Shown: positions 8,545 through 17,114 of the stretch, piece by piece
How the letters are laid out: each line of letters opens with the position of its first letter
Position numbering within the stretch: position 1 is the first letter of the stretch
IMG/VR virus record: IMGVR_UViG_3300030397_000136
Location: 1 to 35,772 of that record
Source of the DNA: a virus
Lineage: Duplodnaviria; Caudoviricetes
Strand: one strand, 5' to 3'
Length of the DNA stretch: 35,772 bases
Program-made: the position numbers and the translations under genes
Notes under the pieces: model-generated
What the model saw: the letters and a program-made list of their open reading frames with translations, nothing else
Told to the model about the DNA's origin: nothing
The model's database searches: none

Positions 8545-10241
8545 ATATTAAGCAGGTTATCGCTTATCTTCACACTCGATGCCGTGCTTTCTATAAGCCC
8601 GTTGCTCCTAAGCATACTTAGATACTGTCCAAACGTACCACTGTTCGGCGATAGCCCTGCGTGCTCTCCTAGTTCCTCCTTTGTAAGTTCGCTCGGTGCG
8701 TACTCTACAAGCACATCGAACATGCGCCGTGCTCCTCCCTTTAGGTTTCCTCTCCACATTTCTACTACCTCATCGAATGACTGCGGTGGTGTTGGTTGCT
8801 CGTCTAGCTCGTCTAGCGCTTCTTGGCTTGCACGTATAAGGTCTCCCTCTTCTTCAAACATTCCCCTTGTGCGCAGTAGTGATAGGTACTGTCCAAACGT
8901 CCCGCTCCTCGGAGACATTTTAGAGAATGTTGCTAGCTGACTTTTCGTAAACTGCATAGGGTATCGAGATACAAGCACTTTGAGCATACGCATAGCTCCC
9001 CCTTTAATAGGTCGCTCCTCTCCCTCGTCTTCTATGTGTAGGTCTGCAACATTCCTAGCTACTGTCGCTCTGTTCTTTGGTGCTTTTATTGTTTCTGTGC
9101 TTGGCACTTTTATAGTCGTTGGCTCTATGATTGTTCCCTTAACTACCTCCCGCATCTCTACACCTCCCCCTGCTGCAATGCTTGCAATCTTATTTAGCTT
9201 ATTGATAAGCACATTTATTTCCTTCTGTGCCTTAGATACGTTTACCTTCCATTCCCTGTCTCGCACTGCTAGTGCTTTCGTAATACTAGCGTCTATCTTC
9301 TTCTGTACTTGCTCTGGGTCTCCTGCCTTTGGGCATTTATGCCTGCGTAGCTTAGTAAGCTCCTCCTTCATTTCCTGCATGGTCTGGTTTTTCTTCCGTG
9401 CTTCCTCTGGTAGGTCTGTAAGCTTTTTGAGCACACTTTTAATCTTGCTCGTCGGTGGTGTTACTGCCACCTTGATACGTGCCCCTGCTTTCGGGTGTGT
9501 TGTCTTCACGTCTCCCACCTTTATTTTCGTTACGTCCTTTGAGATAGCAGTACCAAACGCATAAAACTCTCCTGCTTCCAGGTCTCGTAGGCTTAGGTTC
9601 TGCTCCTTTGTTGTAAACCCTAGCTCTTCACTCGCACGCTTTCTGTCGATGTCTAGCCCTGTGCGTCCTATAAGCTTGTTGTTACATTCTGCTGCTGCGT
9701 CTTTATGCAGCTTAGATAGTCTTTGTGTTGCAAGCACTGCACAATACCCACGCTTTCTACCTCGTGTTGCTAAATCTATCACTGCCTCCATGCTCTCGGC
9801 GCTTCCCTTCTCGGGACAAAACACATGCGCTTCGTCGAGGATAATTAAGCATGGTTTCCATAGTTTCTTAGGTGCGTTTACCAGTGCATCTAGAAATAGC
9901 TTTACAAATCTCTTTCTGTCATGTGCTTTAAGCTCGTACAAATCTACAATCGCTGAAACATTAAGCTCTAGCACCTTATGTGCTAGTAGTCCTGCGCTGC
10001 GTGTCTCTGCGGGTACGTCTCCCCCTTTGCCTGCAAGTATGTAATCGTATTTCTCTCGTAGTGTCGAAAACTCCCCCTCTAGGTCTATGACAATCTGCTG
10101 CACTTTCCCGTGGCTTTGCTCTAGCAGTCTTCGTATGAGCCAAGACTTACCGCCTCCACTGTTTGCCTGTACCAATAGCCTACTGTCTATAAGCTTGGTT
10201 AGGTCTATCCCGTCTTTGTTGTTTAGTTTAATCTTTTTCAT
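8541..10241 (-). CDS. HerA/FtsK-superfamily (DUF87-like) ATPase with coiled coil and two tandem C-terminal wHTH repeats
   Basis: Walker A ANSGGGKS, VIDLEGEF, Walker B LIILDEAH, RGRKRG, LATQR; repeated SPxSGTFGQYLSxLR. Confidence 0.85.
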   Translation of the reverse strand: MKKIKLNNKDGIDLTKLIDSRLLVQANSGGGKSWLIRRLLEQSHGKVQQIVIDLEGEFSTLREKYDYILAGKGGDVPAETRSAGLLAHKVLELNVSAIVDLYELKAHDRKRFVKLFLDALVNAPKKLWKPCLIILDEAHVFCPEKGSAESMEAVIDLATRGRKRGYCAVLATQRLSKLHKDAAAECNNKLIGRTGLDIDRKRASEELGFTTKEQNLSLRDLEAGEFYAFGTAISKDVTKIKVGDVKTTHPKAGARIKVAVTPPTSKIKSVLKKLTDLPEEARKKNQTMQEMKEELTKLRRHKCPKAGDPEQVQKKIDASITKALAVRDREWKVNVSKAQKEINVLINKLNKIASIAAGGGVEMREVVKGTIIEPTTIKVPSTETIKAPKNRATVARNVADLHIEDEGEERPIKGGAMRMLKVLVSRYPMQFTKSQLATFSKMSPRSGTFGQYLSLLRTRGMFEEEGDLIRASQEALDELDEQPTPPQSFDEVVEMWRGNLKGGARRMFDVLVEYAPSELTKEELGEHAGLSPNSGTFGQYLSMLRSNGLIESTASSVKISDNLLNI

Positions 10242-10672
10242 ACTTCGTATTTCTCTAGGTACTTGTGCATCAAGTCCTTCATTTCGTTAAGTGGCTTCGC
10301 ATCGACCTTTGGCATTATAAAATCGTAGAAGTCTACCATTATTGCGTGCCTGTCTTGGTAGCTGTAGTACCGCTCCTGTGGTATGAGGTCTCGCACCTTG
10401 CTAGTGTCTACTGACATTCCGAGGTCTGTTACCTCGTAAATGGTGTGCAGGCGTGTACCTATCTTCCTATCTCCTGCTTCTCGTATGTAGCCTAGCTTTT
10501 TAAGCTCCCCTGTGCGTGGTGCTATTACGTTGTTTGTCTGCCCCGTGATGCTATAGAGGTCTTGGTTTGTAACTCTCCCCACTGTCTGCATTACTTTAAG
10601 CACCTGCATCTGCCTCTTTGTGAGGCTTGGTAATACTTCGTTGTGGTATGCGTGTAAACTATTTTTGTGCAT
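10238..10672 (-). CDS. Winged helix-turn-helix DNA-binding protein
   Basis: LTKRQMQVLKVM...TNQDL...NVIAPRTGELKKLGYIREAG wHTH pattern; ATGA-coupled to the ATPase. Confidence 0.75.
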   Translation of the reverse strand: MHKNSLHAYHNEVLPSLTKRQMQVLKVMQTVGRVTNQDLYSITGQTNNVIAPRTGELKKLGYIREAGDRKIGTRLHTIYEVTDLGMSVDTSKVRDLIPQERYYSYQDRHAIMVDFYDFIMPKVDAKPLNEMKDLMHKYLEKYEV

Positions 10673-10699
10673 ATATCTATCTAACTAGCCATCTAATAA

Positions 10700-10861
10700 T
10701 TACCTTACTTTTATACCCTTTCTTTTCTCATAACACGCCTTACATTCTCTATGACTTCCGTGCAATATCAATCTAAGAAAGTTTTGTATCCACCTACCTT
10801 TTATTCTCTCTAATGGGTAGTCGTCCCTGGCTATAATTAACGTCTCATTTTTTATTTTCAT
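10700..10861 (-). CDS. 53-aa hypothetical protein (MKIKNETLIIARDDYPL...HRECKACYEKRKGIKVR)
   Basis: Translated by hand; fills the gap on the coding strand. Confidence 0.5.
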   Translation of the reverse strand: MKIKNETLIIARDDYPLERIKGRWIQNFLRLILHGSHRECKACYEKRKGIKVR

Positions 10862-10878
10862 AAAATTATCTTTAACTA

Positions 10879-11493
10879 CTAAGGTAACACCTCCGCTAGT
10901 CGGTCTAGTGCTGCTTGTATTTCTGGGTTCATAGTAACCTCCTCCTCGTGCTTCTCTCTGTACTCTCCTGTGTAGGTAAGCAATACTCGTACGTCGTGCC
11001 CTGTTACTTGCTTAGGGTCTCTCGTCTTCTTTATCAGTGCTCGTATGCTATCTGCCGTCTCTTCTGCGAACATGAGCTGCCTAATGTTAATCATGTCCTG
11101 GTGGTAGCCTGGTACTTTTTTCCAGTCTGTAGGCGTATCTTTGTGTACTCCTATTTTCTTTGCAAAAGCTTCTTGTGTATGTCCTCCCCATACTCTCTTA
11201 CGTACTTCTCTATCTGATGCTGAAAACTGTAGAAAAGCTATGTAGTCTGCAGGTCTTTTGAGACTTTTAATATCACTCACTAGCCTTACTGATAGTCCAG
11301 GTGTACGTAGTGTAGCGTTCTTTGTGTCTTTCTTTTTATCGGCTTTTGTCTGGGTCTTTTTCTTGGTCTTCTTAGTCGTTTTCTTTGCTGCCTTCTTGGT
11401 AGCTTTCTTCTTAGGTGCAGCTTTAGTAGCCCCCTTCTTCTTGGTGGCTGTCTTGGTACGTGCTTTTATTTTTTTCTCTAAAGCTGTTGTCAT
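10879..11493 (-). CDS. terS: Probable terminase small subunit (HTH) with long Lys/Ala/Thr-rich N-terminal tail
   Basis: HTH TQEAFAKKIGVHKDTPTDWKK, then helices and LLTYTGEYREKHEEEV, a TerS-like layout. Confidence 0.65.
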   Translation of the reverse strand: MTTALEKKIKARTKTATKKKGATKAAPKKKATKKAAKKTTKKTKKKTQTKADKKKDTKNATLRTPGLSVRLVSDIKSLKRPADYIAFLQFSASDREVRKRVWGGHTQEAFAKKIGVHKDTPTDWKKVPGYHQDMINIRQLMFAEETADSIRALIKKTRDPKQVTGHDVRVLLTYTGEYREKHEEEVTMNPEIQAALDRLAEVLP

Positions 11494-11495
11494 AT

Positions 11496-11645
11496 CTACT
11501 TCTCGTGTGGGTACTTATTCTTATCAAAGTCTGTTACCCATATCTTATATAGTGTTCTGTTTACCATATCAATCCATAGGTTAGTAAGCCTGCGCTGCGG
11601 TTCGGTCTTCTCCCTTATTTCTTTTTCTATTTCTCTGATATTCAT
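11496..11645 (-). CDS. 49-aa hypothetical protein (MNIREIEKEIREK...)
   Basis: Translated by hand; stop TAG is 2 nt before the TerS ATG. Confidence 0.55.
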   Translation of the reverse strand: MNIREIEKEIREKTEPQRRLTNLWIDMVNRTLYKIWVTDFDKNKYPHEK

Positions 11646-11651
11646 ATATGT

Positions 11652-11819
11652 TTATTCTACCTCCTCCCACTCTGTCTCTATAGCCATGTGTTCTAGTGCC
11701 CAGTCCCAAACTATACTGTCTATCTCATCGTCTGTAGCTTCTTCGTCTACTTCTAGCTCCTCCTCGTGGGTTATCCCTACGTAGTTTGTCCCTGTAATCT
11801 TTGCTGTAATCTTTCTCAT
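11652..11819 (-). CDS. 55-aa acidic hypothetical protein (MRKITAKITGTNYVGITHEEELEVDEE...WEEVE)
   Basis: Translated by hand; AGATATG start; common small acidic phage protein pattern. Confidence 0.7.
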   Translation of the reverse strand: MRKITAKITGTNYVGITHEEELEVDEEATDDEIDSIVWDWALEHMAIETEWEEVE

Positions 11820-11823
11820 ATCT

Positions 11824-12096
11824 CTATAAATACTCCTTAACTTTTACCACCTCTCCGTTCTTTTCTCTAGTGGTTCTTGTAATGTAATGGTCTATTTCTA
11901 TGTTCTCTGTGTGGTGGTCTGCAAAGCTCTCTAGTGTGTACTCTCTGCCCTTCTTGTCTATGGCGATAAACTTAGCTACCTCTACTTCTTTCTGGGTGAT
12001 GCCGTCCTTAGTCTTGATTATGCGCACTACCCATTTCTTTATCTCCACGTCCCGAGCCTTTGCTTTTATTCCTAGTTTCTTAAACACCCCGAACAT
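11824..12096 (-). CDS. Hypothetical protein
   Basis: 90 aa, GCTTATG start. Confidence 0.7.
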   Translation of the reverse strand: MFGVFKKLGIKAKARDVEIKKWVVRIIKTKDGITQKEVEVAKFIAIDKKGREYTLESFADHHTENIEIDHYITRTTREKNGEVVKVKEYL

Positions 12097-12100
12097 AAGC

Positions 12101-12352
12101 CTAGTCTTCTGTCGTGTTAGCTTCCTCCTGTAATTCCTCCTCTGTAAACAGCCTCTTGTGTACCTGGATACTGTATAGCACTCCTCTTATCTGGTTCTTT
12201 ACGATGTCTACCTTTTTCCATGCTTCCATGTCGTAGTCTGCATCTTCGTACTGGTCGCAGTCGTTTAGAAGCTCTGATGCTACAAGCAAGTCCTCTATGC
12301 AGCCTTGCAAGGTATCTACTAGCCCCTCCTTTGTTATCTTCTCTGCTTTCAT
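12101..12352 (-). CDS. Acidic hypothetical protein
   Basis: 83 aa, TAGATATATG start. Confidence 0.7.
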   Translation of the reverse strand: MKAEKITKEGLVDTLQGCIEDLLVASELLNDCDQYEDADYDMEAWKKVDIVKNQIRGVLYSIQVHKRLFTEEELQEEANTTED

Positions 12353-12360
12353 ATATCTAT

Positions 12361-12528
12361 TTATCTATTATTTCTAATTTCCTCTAGCTCTCTATTAAGC
12401 TCGTCGTTTCTTTCCTGCAGCTTCTTGTAGATACTTAGCTTTGGGTTCAAGCCTCCCATTTGCTTACCATTCTCTCTAAGCTCTACACGTATTGCGTCTA
12501 TCCTGTCTACTGCCCTGCGTTCTTTCAT
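12361..12528 (-). CDS. 55-aa coiled-coil protein (MKERRAVDRID...)
   Basis: Start shortened from the track ORF (12768) to avoid overlap with 12531-12902. Confidence 0.6.
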   Translation of the reverse strand: MKERRAVDRIDAIRVELRENGKQMGGLNPKLSIYKKLQERNDELNRELEEIRNNR

Positions 12529-12530
12529 TA

Positions 12531-12902
12531 CTAGTCGCTTCTTAAATCTTGTATCTTTTCGTATACCCGCACTTCTGGTATGTAGATGTCCTTCACTACA
12601 TCTGTTCCTTTGTCTATCATTCCTGAAATACCTACAGCGATACCTATAACTAGAAACATACAGCCAAAGAAAAAACCTTCGTCGTCTCCTCCATTTTTTA
12701 ACCACTTGTACAGTTTTCTTATGCCAACAACACTTACCACAAATAGACAAGTGCTTAGAATTAGCCATATTGTGTCGGTGATAAGCAGGTACTTTACGTA
12801 TCGAGCAAACAAATCTAGGAAGTAGTCTTTTGTGATAACTAGCCCCTCCTGCACCATAGGCAATACGTTTGCTGTAAAGTCTTCGTATAGTTTCTCAAAC
12901 AT
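12531..12902 (-). CDS. Membrane protein with two transmembrane helices
   Basis: Hydrophobic stretches IWLILSTCLFVVSVVGI and FFFGCMFLVIGIAVGISGMI. Confidence 0.75.
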   Translation of the reverse strand: MFEKLYEDFTANVLPMVQEGLVITKDYFLDLFARYVKYLLITDTIWLILSTCLFVVSVVGIRKLYKWLKNGGDDEGFFFGCMFLVIGIAVGISGMIDKGTDVVKDIYIPEVRVYEKIQDLRSD

Positions 12903-12910
12903 ATATCTTT

Positions 12911-13396
12911 TTACTTAACTTCTGCGGGTAATAGCTCGACGTAAAACTTCCGCATGTTCATGTTCATGTCGCTAGCGATGTAGTCCTTTGCTGCCTCTGC
13001 CTCTACCGCAAACACTGCAGTTGTTACCCTGTCGCTGTGGTTAAACTTAACCTCTTGTACGACCCCTACAAATGTAAACGGCGGGAAGTCTTGACGTGCT
13101 TGCTCTAGCTCTTTCTTTGCTTCTGCGTAATCCTTCTCTGCCACCTTCATACGCTGCTTGTAGTTTTCCTCGTATAGCTCTGGGTTCTCCTGCAATCGCT
13201 GTATAGTGCTCTGCTCCTCTGCTATACGCTCCTCGTATTCCTTCTCGTCGAGAATAAACTTAATCTTGCAAAGCATAAGCGTCTCGGGTAGTAGGTCTCC
13301 GATACTTAGCTTAATGAGCCATTGCCCGTCTTTGTAGACAAGCTGCTTAAATGTAAATCCCGCCTGTAGTAACTTCTCTTCTTTTTCCTTTGCCAT
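12911..13396 (-). CDS. Hypothetical protein (beta strands flanking a coiled coil)
   Basis: 161 aa, TAGATATATG start. Confidence 0.75.
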   Translation of the reverse strand: MAKEKEEKLLQAGFTFKQLVYKDGQWLIKLSIGDLLPETLMLCKIKFILDEKEYEERIAEEQSTIQRLQENPELYEENYKQRMKVAEKDYAEAKKELEQARQDFPPFTFVGVVQEVKFNHSDRVTTAVFAVEAEAAKDYIASDMNMNMRKFYVELLPAEVK

Positions 13397-13424
13397 ATAT
13401 CTACTTACTTAACTAATAACTCCT

Positions 13425-13619
13425 CTACCCCTGGCGCTGCCTGTTTTGTTTTTTAATTCTTCGGCACGGCATACAGCGAGTAGGTAGTATCACCTCGTCT
13501 ATCTTCCCTTCTTCTACTAGCTTGTTGAAAAAGTCTATCTCGCTCTGCTTAATGGTAAACTCCGCCCCACAATCTCTACACTCTCGCTTCTCAATTACTT
13601 TGTCTTCTTGTTCGTACAT
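13425..13619 (-). CDS. Zinc-ribbon protein (zf-trcl-like)
   Basis: CRDCGAEFT...E.DFF...PTRCMPCR. Confidence 0.75.
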   Translation of the reverse strand: MYEQEDKVIEKRECRDCGAEFTIKQSEIDFFNKLVEEGKIDEVILPTRCMPCRRIKKQNRQRQG

Positions 13620-13621
13620 AG

Positions 13622-14077
13622 TTACTTTATTCTGTTAAAGGTTGCTCGTAATGTTTCCTCCCAGTCTGGGGCGTTGAGGTCTAACCCTACACCTTGTCCC
13701 GTATTAAGCCATAGCTTAGTTCTACCTCCTTCTAGTTCGACCTTTTCTACGATAGTAAACCCGTACTCACGGGCTACGCTATCTGGCGTTGCTTCTTCTG
13801 GCGCTTCGTCGTTACTCTGTTCTTCTTCACGTTCTACACGCTCTCGTGTTTCTCTTACTTCTTCCTTGACTTCTTGCTGCTCTCGTTGCAGTTCCACAAT
13901 CTGCTGCTGCAGTTGTTCAATAAGAGCAATAAGCGCACTGACAAGCTGCGCCTTTACCTCCTGCTGACTTACTACTGTTACGCTTGTCTGTACTGCTTCT
14001 GCTTTCTTTGCTCCGAGGAATACAAAGAAAAAGAGAATTGCCAATATCACCAATAAACTTACTGCTGCTTTTTTCAT
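13622..14077 (-). CDS. Secreted or membrane-anchored coiled-coil protein
   Basis: Signal peptide MKKAAVSLLVILAILFFFVFLGAKKAEA; LIALIEQLQQQIVELQ coil. Confidence 0.75.
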   Translation of the reverse strand: MKKAAVSLLVILAILFFFVFLGAKKAEAVQTSVTVVSQQEVKAQLVSALIALIEQLQQQIVELQREQQEVKEEVRETRERVEREEEQSNDEAPEEATPDSVAREYGFTIVEKVELEGGRTKLWLNTGQGVGLDLNAPDWEETLRATFNRIK

Positions 14078-14081
14078 ATAT

Positions 14082-14330
14082 CTAACTAGCTACTTTTTTA
14101 TTTTTAAATCTCTGTATCTGTTGTTCTAATTTCTCCTCCCACCCTTCATAGCAATAGACACCTACAGTAGTTCCTATCTCGTTGTCGAGCACTACCTTTA
14201 CTCGGTTCGGCATGTCTCCCTTCTTGTTAAACACTTCGACGCTTGTAACCTTGTCGTGATGTTTAGTACGTACCGCTTCTGCTTTTGCGGTTATCTGTGC
14301 TTTTGTGCTTTTGTCTTTTGCTTTTTGCAT
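14082..14330 (-). CDS. Hypothetical protein (start likely MQKAKDK)
   Basis: Non-overlapping ATG 4 nt after the previous stop. Confidence 0.65.
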   Translation of the reverse strand: MQKAKDKSTKAQITAKAEAVRTKHHDKVTSVEVFNKKGDMPNRVKVVLDNEIGTTVGVYCYEGWEEKLEQQIQRFKNKKVAS

Positions 14331-14334
14331 GGTG

Positions 14335-14535
14335 TTATTCTTCTGCCTCTTCCTCCTTATCACGTACACCTGTAATGCTTGTGATTATGTGGTCTTCTTG
14401 TGCCCAGTCCACCTTGTCTTTCTTACCAAGGCTTTCTGCTTCTTCGTACGCCTCTCCTTCGTTTACCGCCTCGACTTGTACGATGCCTCGGCTCTCCTTT
14501 ACTACCTCAATGCTATATATTTTTACGTCTGCCAT
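14335..14535 (-). CDS. Small acidic protein (DpnD/PcfM-like pattern)
   Basis: YSIEV...VQVEAVNEGEAYEEAE. Confidence 0.65.
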   Translation of the reverse strand: MADVKIYSIEVVKESRGIVQVEAVNEGEAYEEAESLGKKDKVDWAQEDHIITSITGVRDKEEEAEE

Positions 14536-14539
14536 ATAT

Positions 14540-14764
14540 CTAATCTTCTTTAGCTGTTTCTAATGTTCGACCCTTGTCGTTTCTAAATGTAAAGTCTCCT
14601 AATGGTGTCTCTACGTTTAGTTGCTGTATTCCGCTTACTGTAAGTATCTCTGCCACTCGCACAAACGCTCGATACTCTTCTAGTATCACGTCTCGTATTC
14701 TTTCCTCTGCTGCGGGGCTGCCTGCTACTTGTATGTGGCGCTTGATTATCTTTTTATCTTCCAT
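14540..14764 (-). CDS. Hypothetical protein
   Basis: 74 aa, first ORF after the promoter at 14776-14804. Confidence 0.65.
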   Translation of the reverse strand: MEDKKIIKRHIQVAGSPAAEERIRDVILEEYRAFVRVAEILTVSGIQQLNVETPLGDFTFRNDKGRTLETAKED

Positions 14765-14775
14765 AGTTACTCTCT

Positions 14776-14804
14776 ATTATATCGCTTATAAGCTTACTGG
14801 TAAA
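14776..14804 (-). promoter_or_regulatory. Sigma70-type promoter with palindromic spacer
   Basis: TTTACC-17 nt (contains GCTTATAAGC)-TATAAT, 11 nt before ATG 14764. Confidence 0.6.
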
Positions 14805-14836
14805 ATAAATGTTGTTGACAATGTTGTTATAGACTT

Positions 14837-15067
14837 CTAGCTTTCACTAAGTAACTCGTCTAATTTCTCCTCCGTTACATGCTTGTGGTACTTCGTCTTC
14901 TGCCCAAACTGCATTATCCCTACTGTCATTTTGCTATACCATATATCTATTCTCGTGCCGTTTCTGATAAGCCGTATTAGCTTCTGCCCTTCGTCCTCTG
15001 CTAATAGTCTGTAGCCCTGGTCTATTCCCATGTGTAGGGCTTGTTCTCTGTCTACTGCCATTTTCAT
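14837..15067 (-). CDS. Hypothetical protein
   Basis: 76 aa in a tightly packed operon. Confidence 0.7.
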   Translation of the reverse strand: MKMAVDREQALHMGIDQGYRLLAEDEGQKLIRLIRNGTRIDIWYSKMTVGIMQFGQKTKYHKHVTEEKLDELLSES

Positions 15068-15068
15068 A

Positions 15069-15380
15069 TTATCCTTTTAGCATACGCTTAATTTCTTGGT
15101 GGTATTCTTGCTCGACCTTTTCACTGTAAATTACGTTGCATAAGTCCGTTTCTTTTGCGTCTTCCAGTGCATAAAACCCGCAGTCTTTTTTGCCGTCTGC
15201 TAGGTCTTCATCGACTACCAGTTTGTCTAGCTCTCTGTCGATGTAAAACCTTACCGCCCTATTAACTAATAGCTCTGCATATCTCTGTCGTATTCCCTCT
15301 GGTATTGAGGGGTAGTTTATCTGCAGTGCGTAAAACATTGTTCTGTATGGGTTCGTCTTCATAGTTCTAGTTTCTTCCAT
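15069..15380 (-). CDS. Hypothetical protein
   Basis: 103 aa; start may be the later MKTNPY. Confidence 0.65.
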   Translation of the reverse strand: MEETRTMKTNPYRTMFYALQINYPSIPEGIRQRYAELLVNRAVRFYIDRELDKLVVDEDLADGKKDCGFYALEDAKETDLCNVIYSEKVEQEYHQEIKRMLKG

Positions 15381-15577
15381 AAGCTTTTAGCTGTTTCCTT
15401 GTTCACCTTCTCTATAAACTTTCTGCAGGTACTCTCGTGCAGTCCTGTACATAACCTGCCACATACACACATTAAAGAGTGTTGGTTAGATACCATAGCG
15501 TCCACTTCTTGTCTTTCACTTAGCCACTCGCTCATATGGTTATCTTGTAAGTATTGTATTTTCTCTGCTAGTTTCAT
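15359..15577 (-). CDS. Small Cys/His-containing protein (CVCGRLCTGLHESTC)
   Basis: 72 aa, ATGA overlap. Confidence 0.7.
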   Translation of the reverse strand: MKLAEKIQYLQDNHMSEWLSERQEVDAMVSNQHSLMCVCGRLCTGLHESTCRKFIEKVNKETAKSLWKKLEL

Positions 15578-15906
15578 TTCTTCTTAGGTTTATCTAGTAA
15601 TAGTTCTCCTGTAATCGTCCCTATTTGTGCGGGTGCTTCGTCTCCGTGCATTGACCGCCACCTGTCGCCTCTAAGATACTGTCCCATTTTGTGTCGTGTC
15701 TTTGCTTCCGCCTGCCACTCGTAGGTCTTCATAGGTTGTATCTTCTCTATTGCTCCTTTACTTAGAAAAGTCCCGTCTGGCATTTCGATAGTGTCTAGCT
15801 CTTTTACGTACTCGTGTACCTGCTTCGGTGTCATGTCTTTAATCACGTATATATCTCCGTCCCACGTCTTTATGACTGTATGCTGTTTTTCTTTTACCTT
15901 TACCAT
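15574..15906 (-). CDS. Hypothetical protein next to the replication-like gene
   Basis: 110 aa, TAATG overlap with upstream gene. Confidence 0.7.
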   Translation of the reverse strand: MVKVKEKQHTVIKTWDGDIYVIKDMTPKQVHEYVKELDTIEMPDGTFLSKGAIEKIQPMKTYEWQAEAKTRHKMGQYLRGDRWRSMHGDEAPAQIGTITGELLLDKPKKK

Positions 15907-16763
15907 TACTTTTTAAGGCTTCCGACCTTCTTACCGCTTTTAATCTTCTTCTGCCCCCAAGCTATAAGCTTTCCTAAGTTGGCTTCTAGTTGGTTTGGTG
16001 TTGTGATTGTTGGTGCGTACTTCTCGCTATTGCATTGCGGTAGTGCCCGTATCATGTTTCGCACCCTCTCTTCTCCATGCTGCAGCACTAGCCTATCCAT
16101 TGCCTCTCGCTGTGTCTTCATTCCGTAAAGTCTGTAGGTGCTTGGGTTCACCTCTTCAAACATCTTAATGAGGTCGCTTATCAGTGTTGGGTTTGTTTTT
16201 GTCTGGTGCTTGTGCTTCTCGGGTTTCTTTGGTGCGGGTAGTTTGTTCTTTGACTGCTCTATTACTTTCTCTGCAGTCTCGTCGGTTACTACCATGTCCC
16301 CACTCTCGCTTTTTAGTTCGTCGTAGTCTACCTCGTGTGGCTCTGGGATATACACCTGCTCTTCCTTCAAAGCCCACACTCTAATATCTTCCATTTTGTC
16401 CTCCCACTCCTTCGTGTTGTAGAGGGTTGTGCTTAGTAGCCTTTTTACTTTTGGGTTCTTGTCGCTCACCTCGAAGAAGAAAAGCGGGCGTAGCGCATCT
16501 AGCATTTCGTCGTCTGTATATCCAAAGTGGTCTGCAAGTATCGGTATCACTACTCCCCATAGGTAGCCGTTCTGGTTGCTCTTCTCGTCTCCCTGCCCTG
16601 TAGTGCGTTTCTTTATGTTCTTCTTGATACTAAGCTTTATGGGTTGGTCTTTTTTAAATGTTTGGTTTAGATAGCGTTGATAGTCCCGCCTATAATCTAA
16701 GCGTATCTGGTTGTCGCCTTTCTTGTCCTGTTTTATTCTTCCGTAAAAAAATGGAGTAGCCAT
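15906..16763 (-). CDS. NinB/Orf-like recombination protein fused to a replication-initiator-like C-terminal helical domain
   Basis: R...QNGYLWGVVIPILADHFGY...STTLYNTKEW...IPEP (NinB/YbcN pattern), linker, then LIKMFEEVNP...KYAPTITTPNQL. Confidence 0.6.
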   Translation of the reverse strand: MATPFFYGRIKQDKKGDNQIRLDYRRDYQRYLNQTFKKDQPIKLSIKKNIKKRTTGQGDEKSNQNGYLWGVVIPILADHFGYTDDEMLDALRPLFFFEVSDKNPKVKRLLSTTLYNTKEWEDKMEDIRVWALKEEQVYIPEPHEVDYDELKSESGDMVVTDETAEKVIEQSKNKLPAPKKPEKHKHQTKTNPTLISDLIKMFEEVNPSTYRLYGMKTQREAMDRLVLQHGEERVRNMIRALPQCNSEKYAPTITTPNQLEANLGKLIAWGQKKIKSGKKVGSLKK

Positions 16764-16775
16764 ACATCTATCTAA

Positions 16776-17108
16776 CTAACTATTTAATTTATCCCGCAAT
16801 GCAGTGTAGTCTATCGACTTGCTTATAGCTTTTAATTCTTCCCTTGTTGCTCTATTGAGCACCTTTCTATCTACCAATCCGAGCACCCCACCTCTCGTTG
16901 CGCTACTGGTTATCGGTGCTACGTCCCTGTGGTGTCCCTTGCAAAGTCCGATAATCGCCCACTTCTCGTTTAATTGCTTACCTGCAAATATAATGTGGTG
17001 ATGCCATTCTATACGCCCGCTACACCCACTATATCCGCTTAGTGCACACCTCTTATAGGTCGGGTCTTGTGCTATCTCTTCTCGTAGTTTTTTTGGTATC
17101 GGTTGCAT
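16776..17108 (-). CDS. HNH-like Zn-binding nuclease (DUF968/Ref-like)
   Basis: C...C.GRIEWHH...IIGLCKGHH. Confidence 0.65.
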   Translation of the reverse strand: MQPIPKKLREEIAQDPTYKRCALSGYSGCSGRIEWHHHIIFAGKQLNEKWAIIGLCKGHHRDVAPITSSATRGGVLGLVDRKVLNRATREELKAISKSIDYTALRDKLNS

Positions 17109-17114
17109 GATGTT

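Noticed and set aside
12529-12768. N-terminal extension of the 135-aa track ORF
   Set aside because: Out-of-frame overlap with the membrane protein 12531-12902
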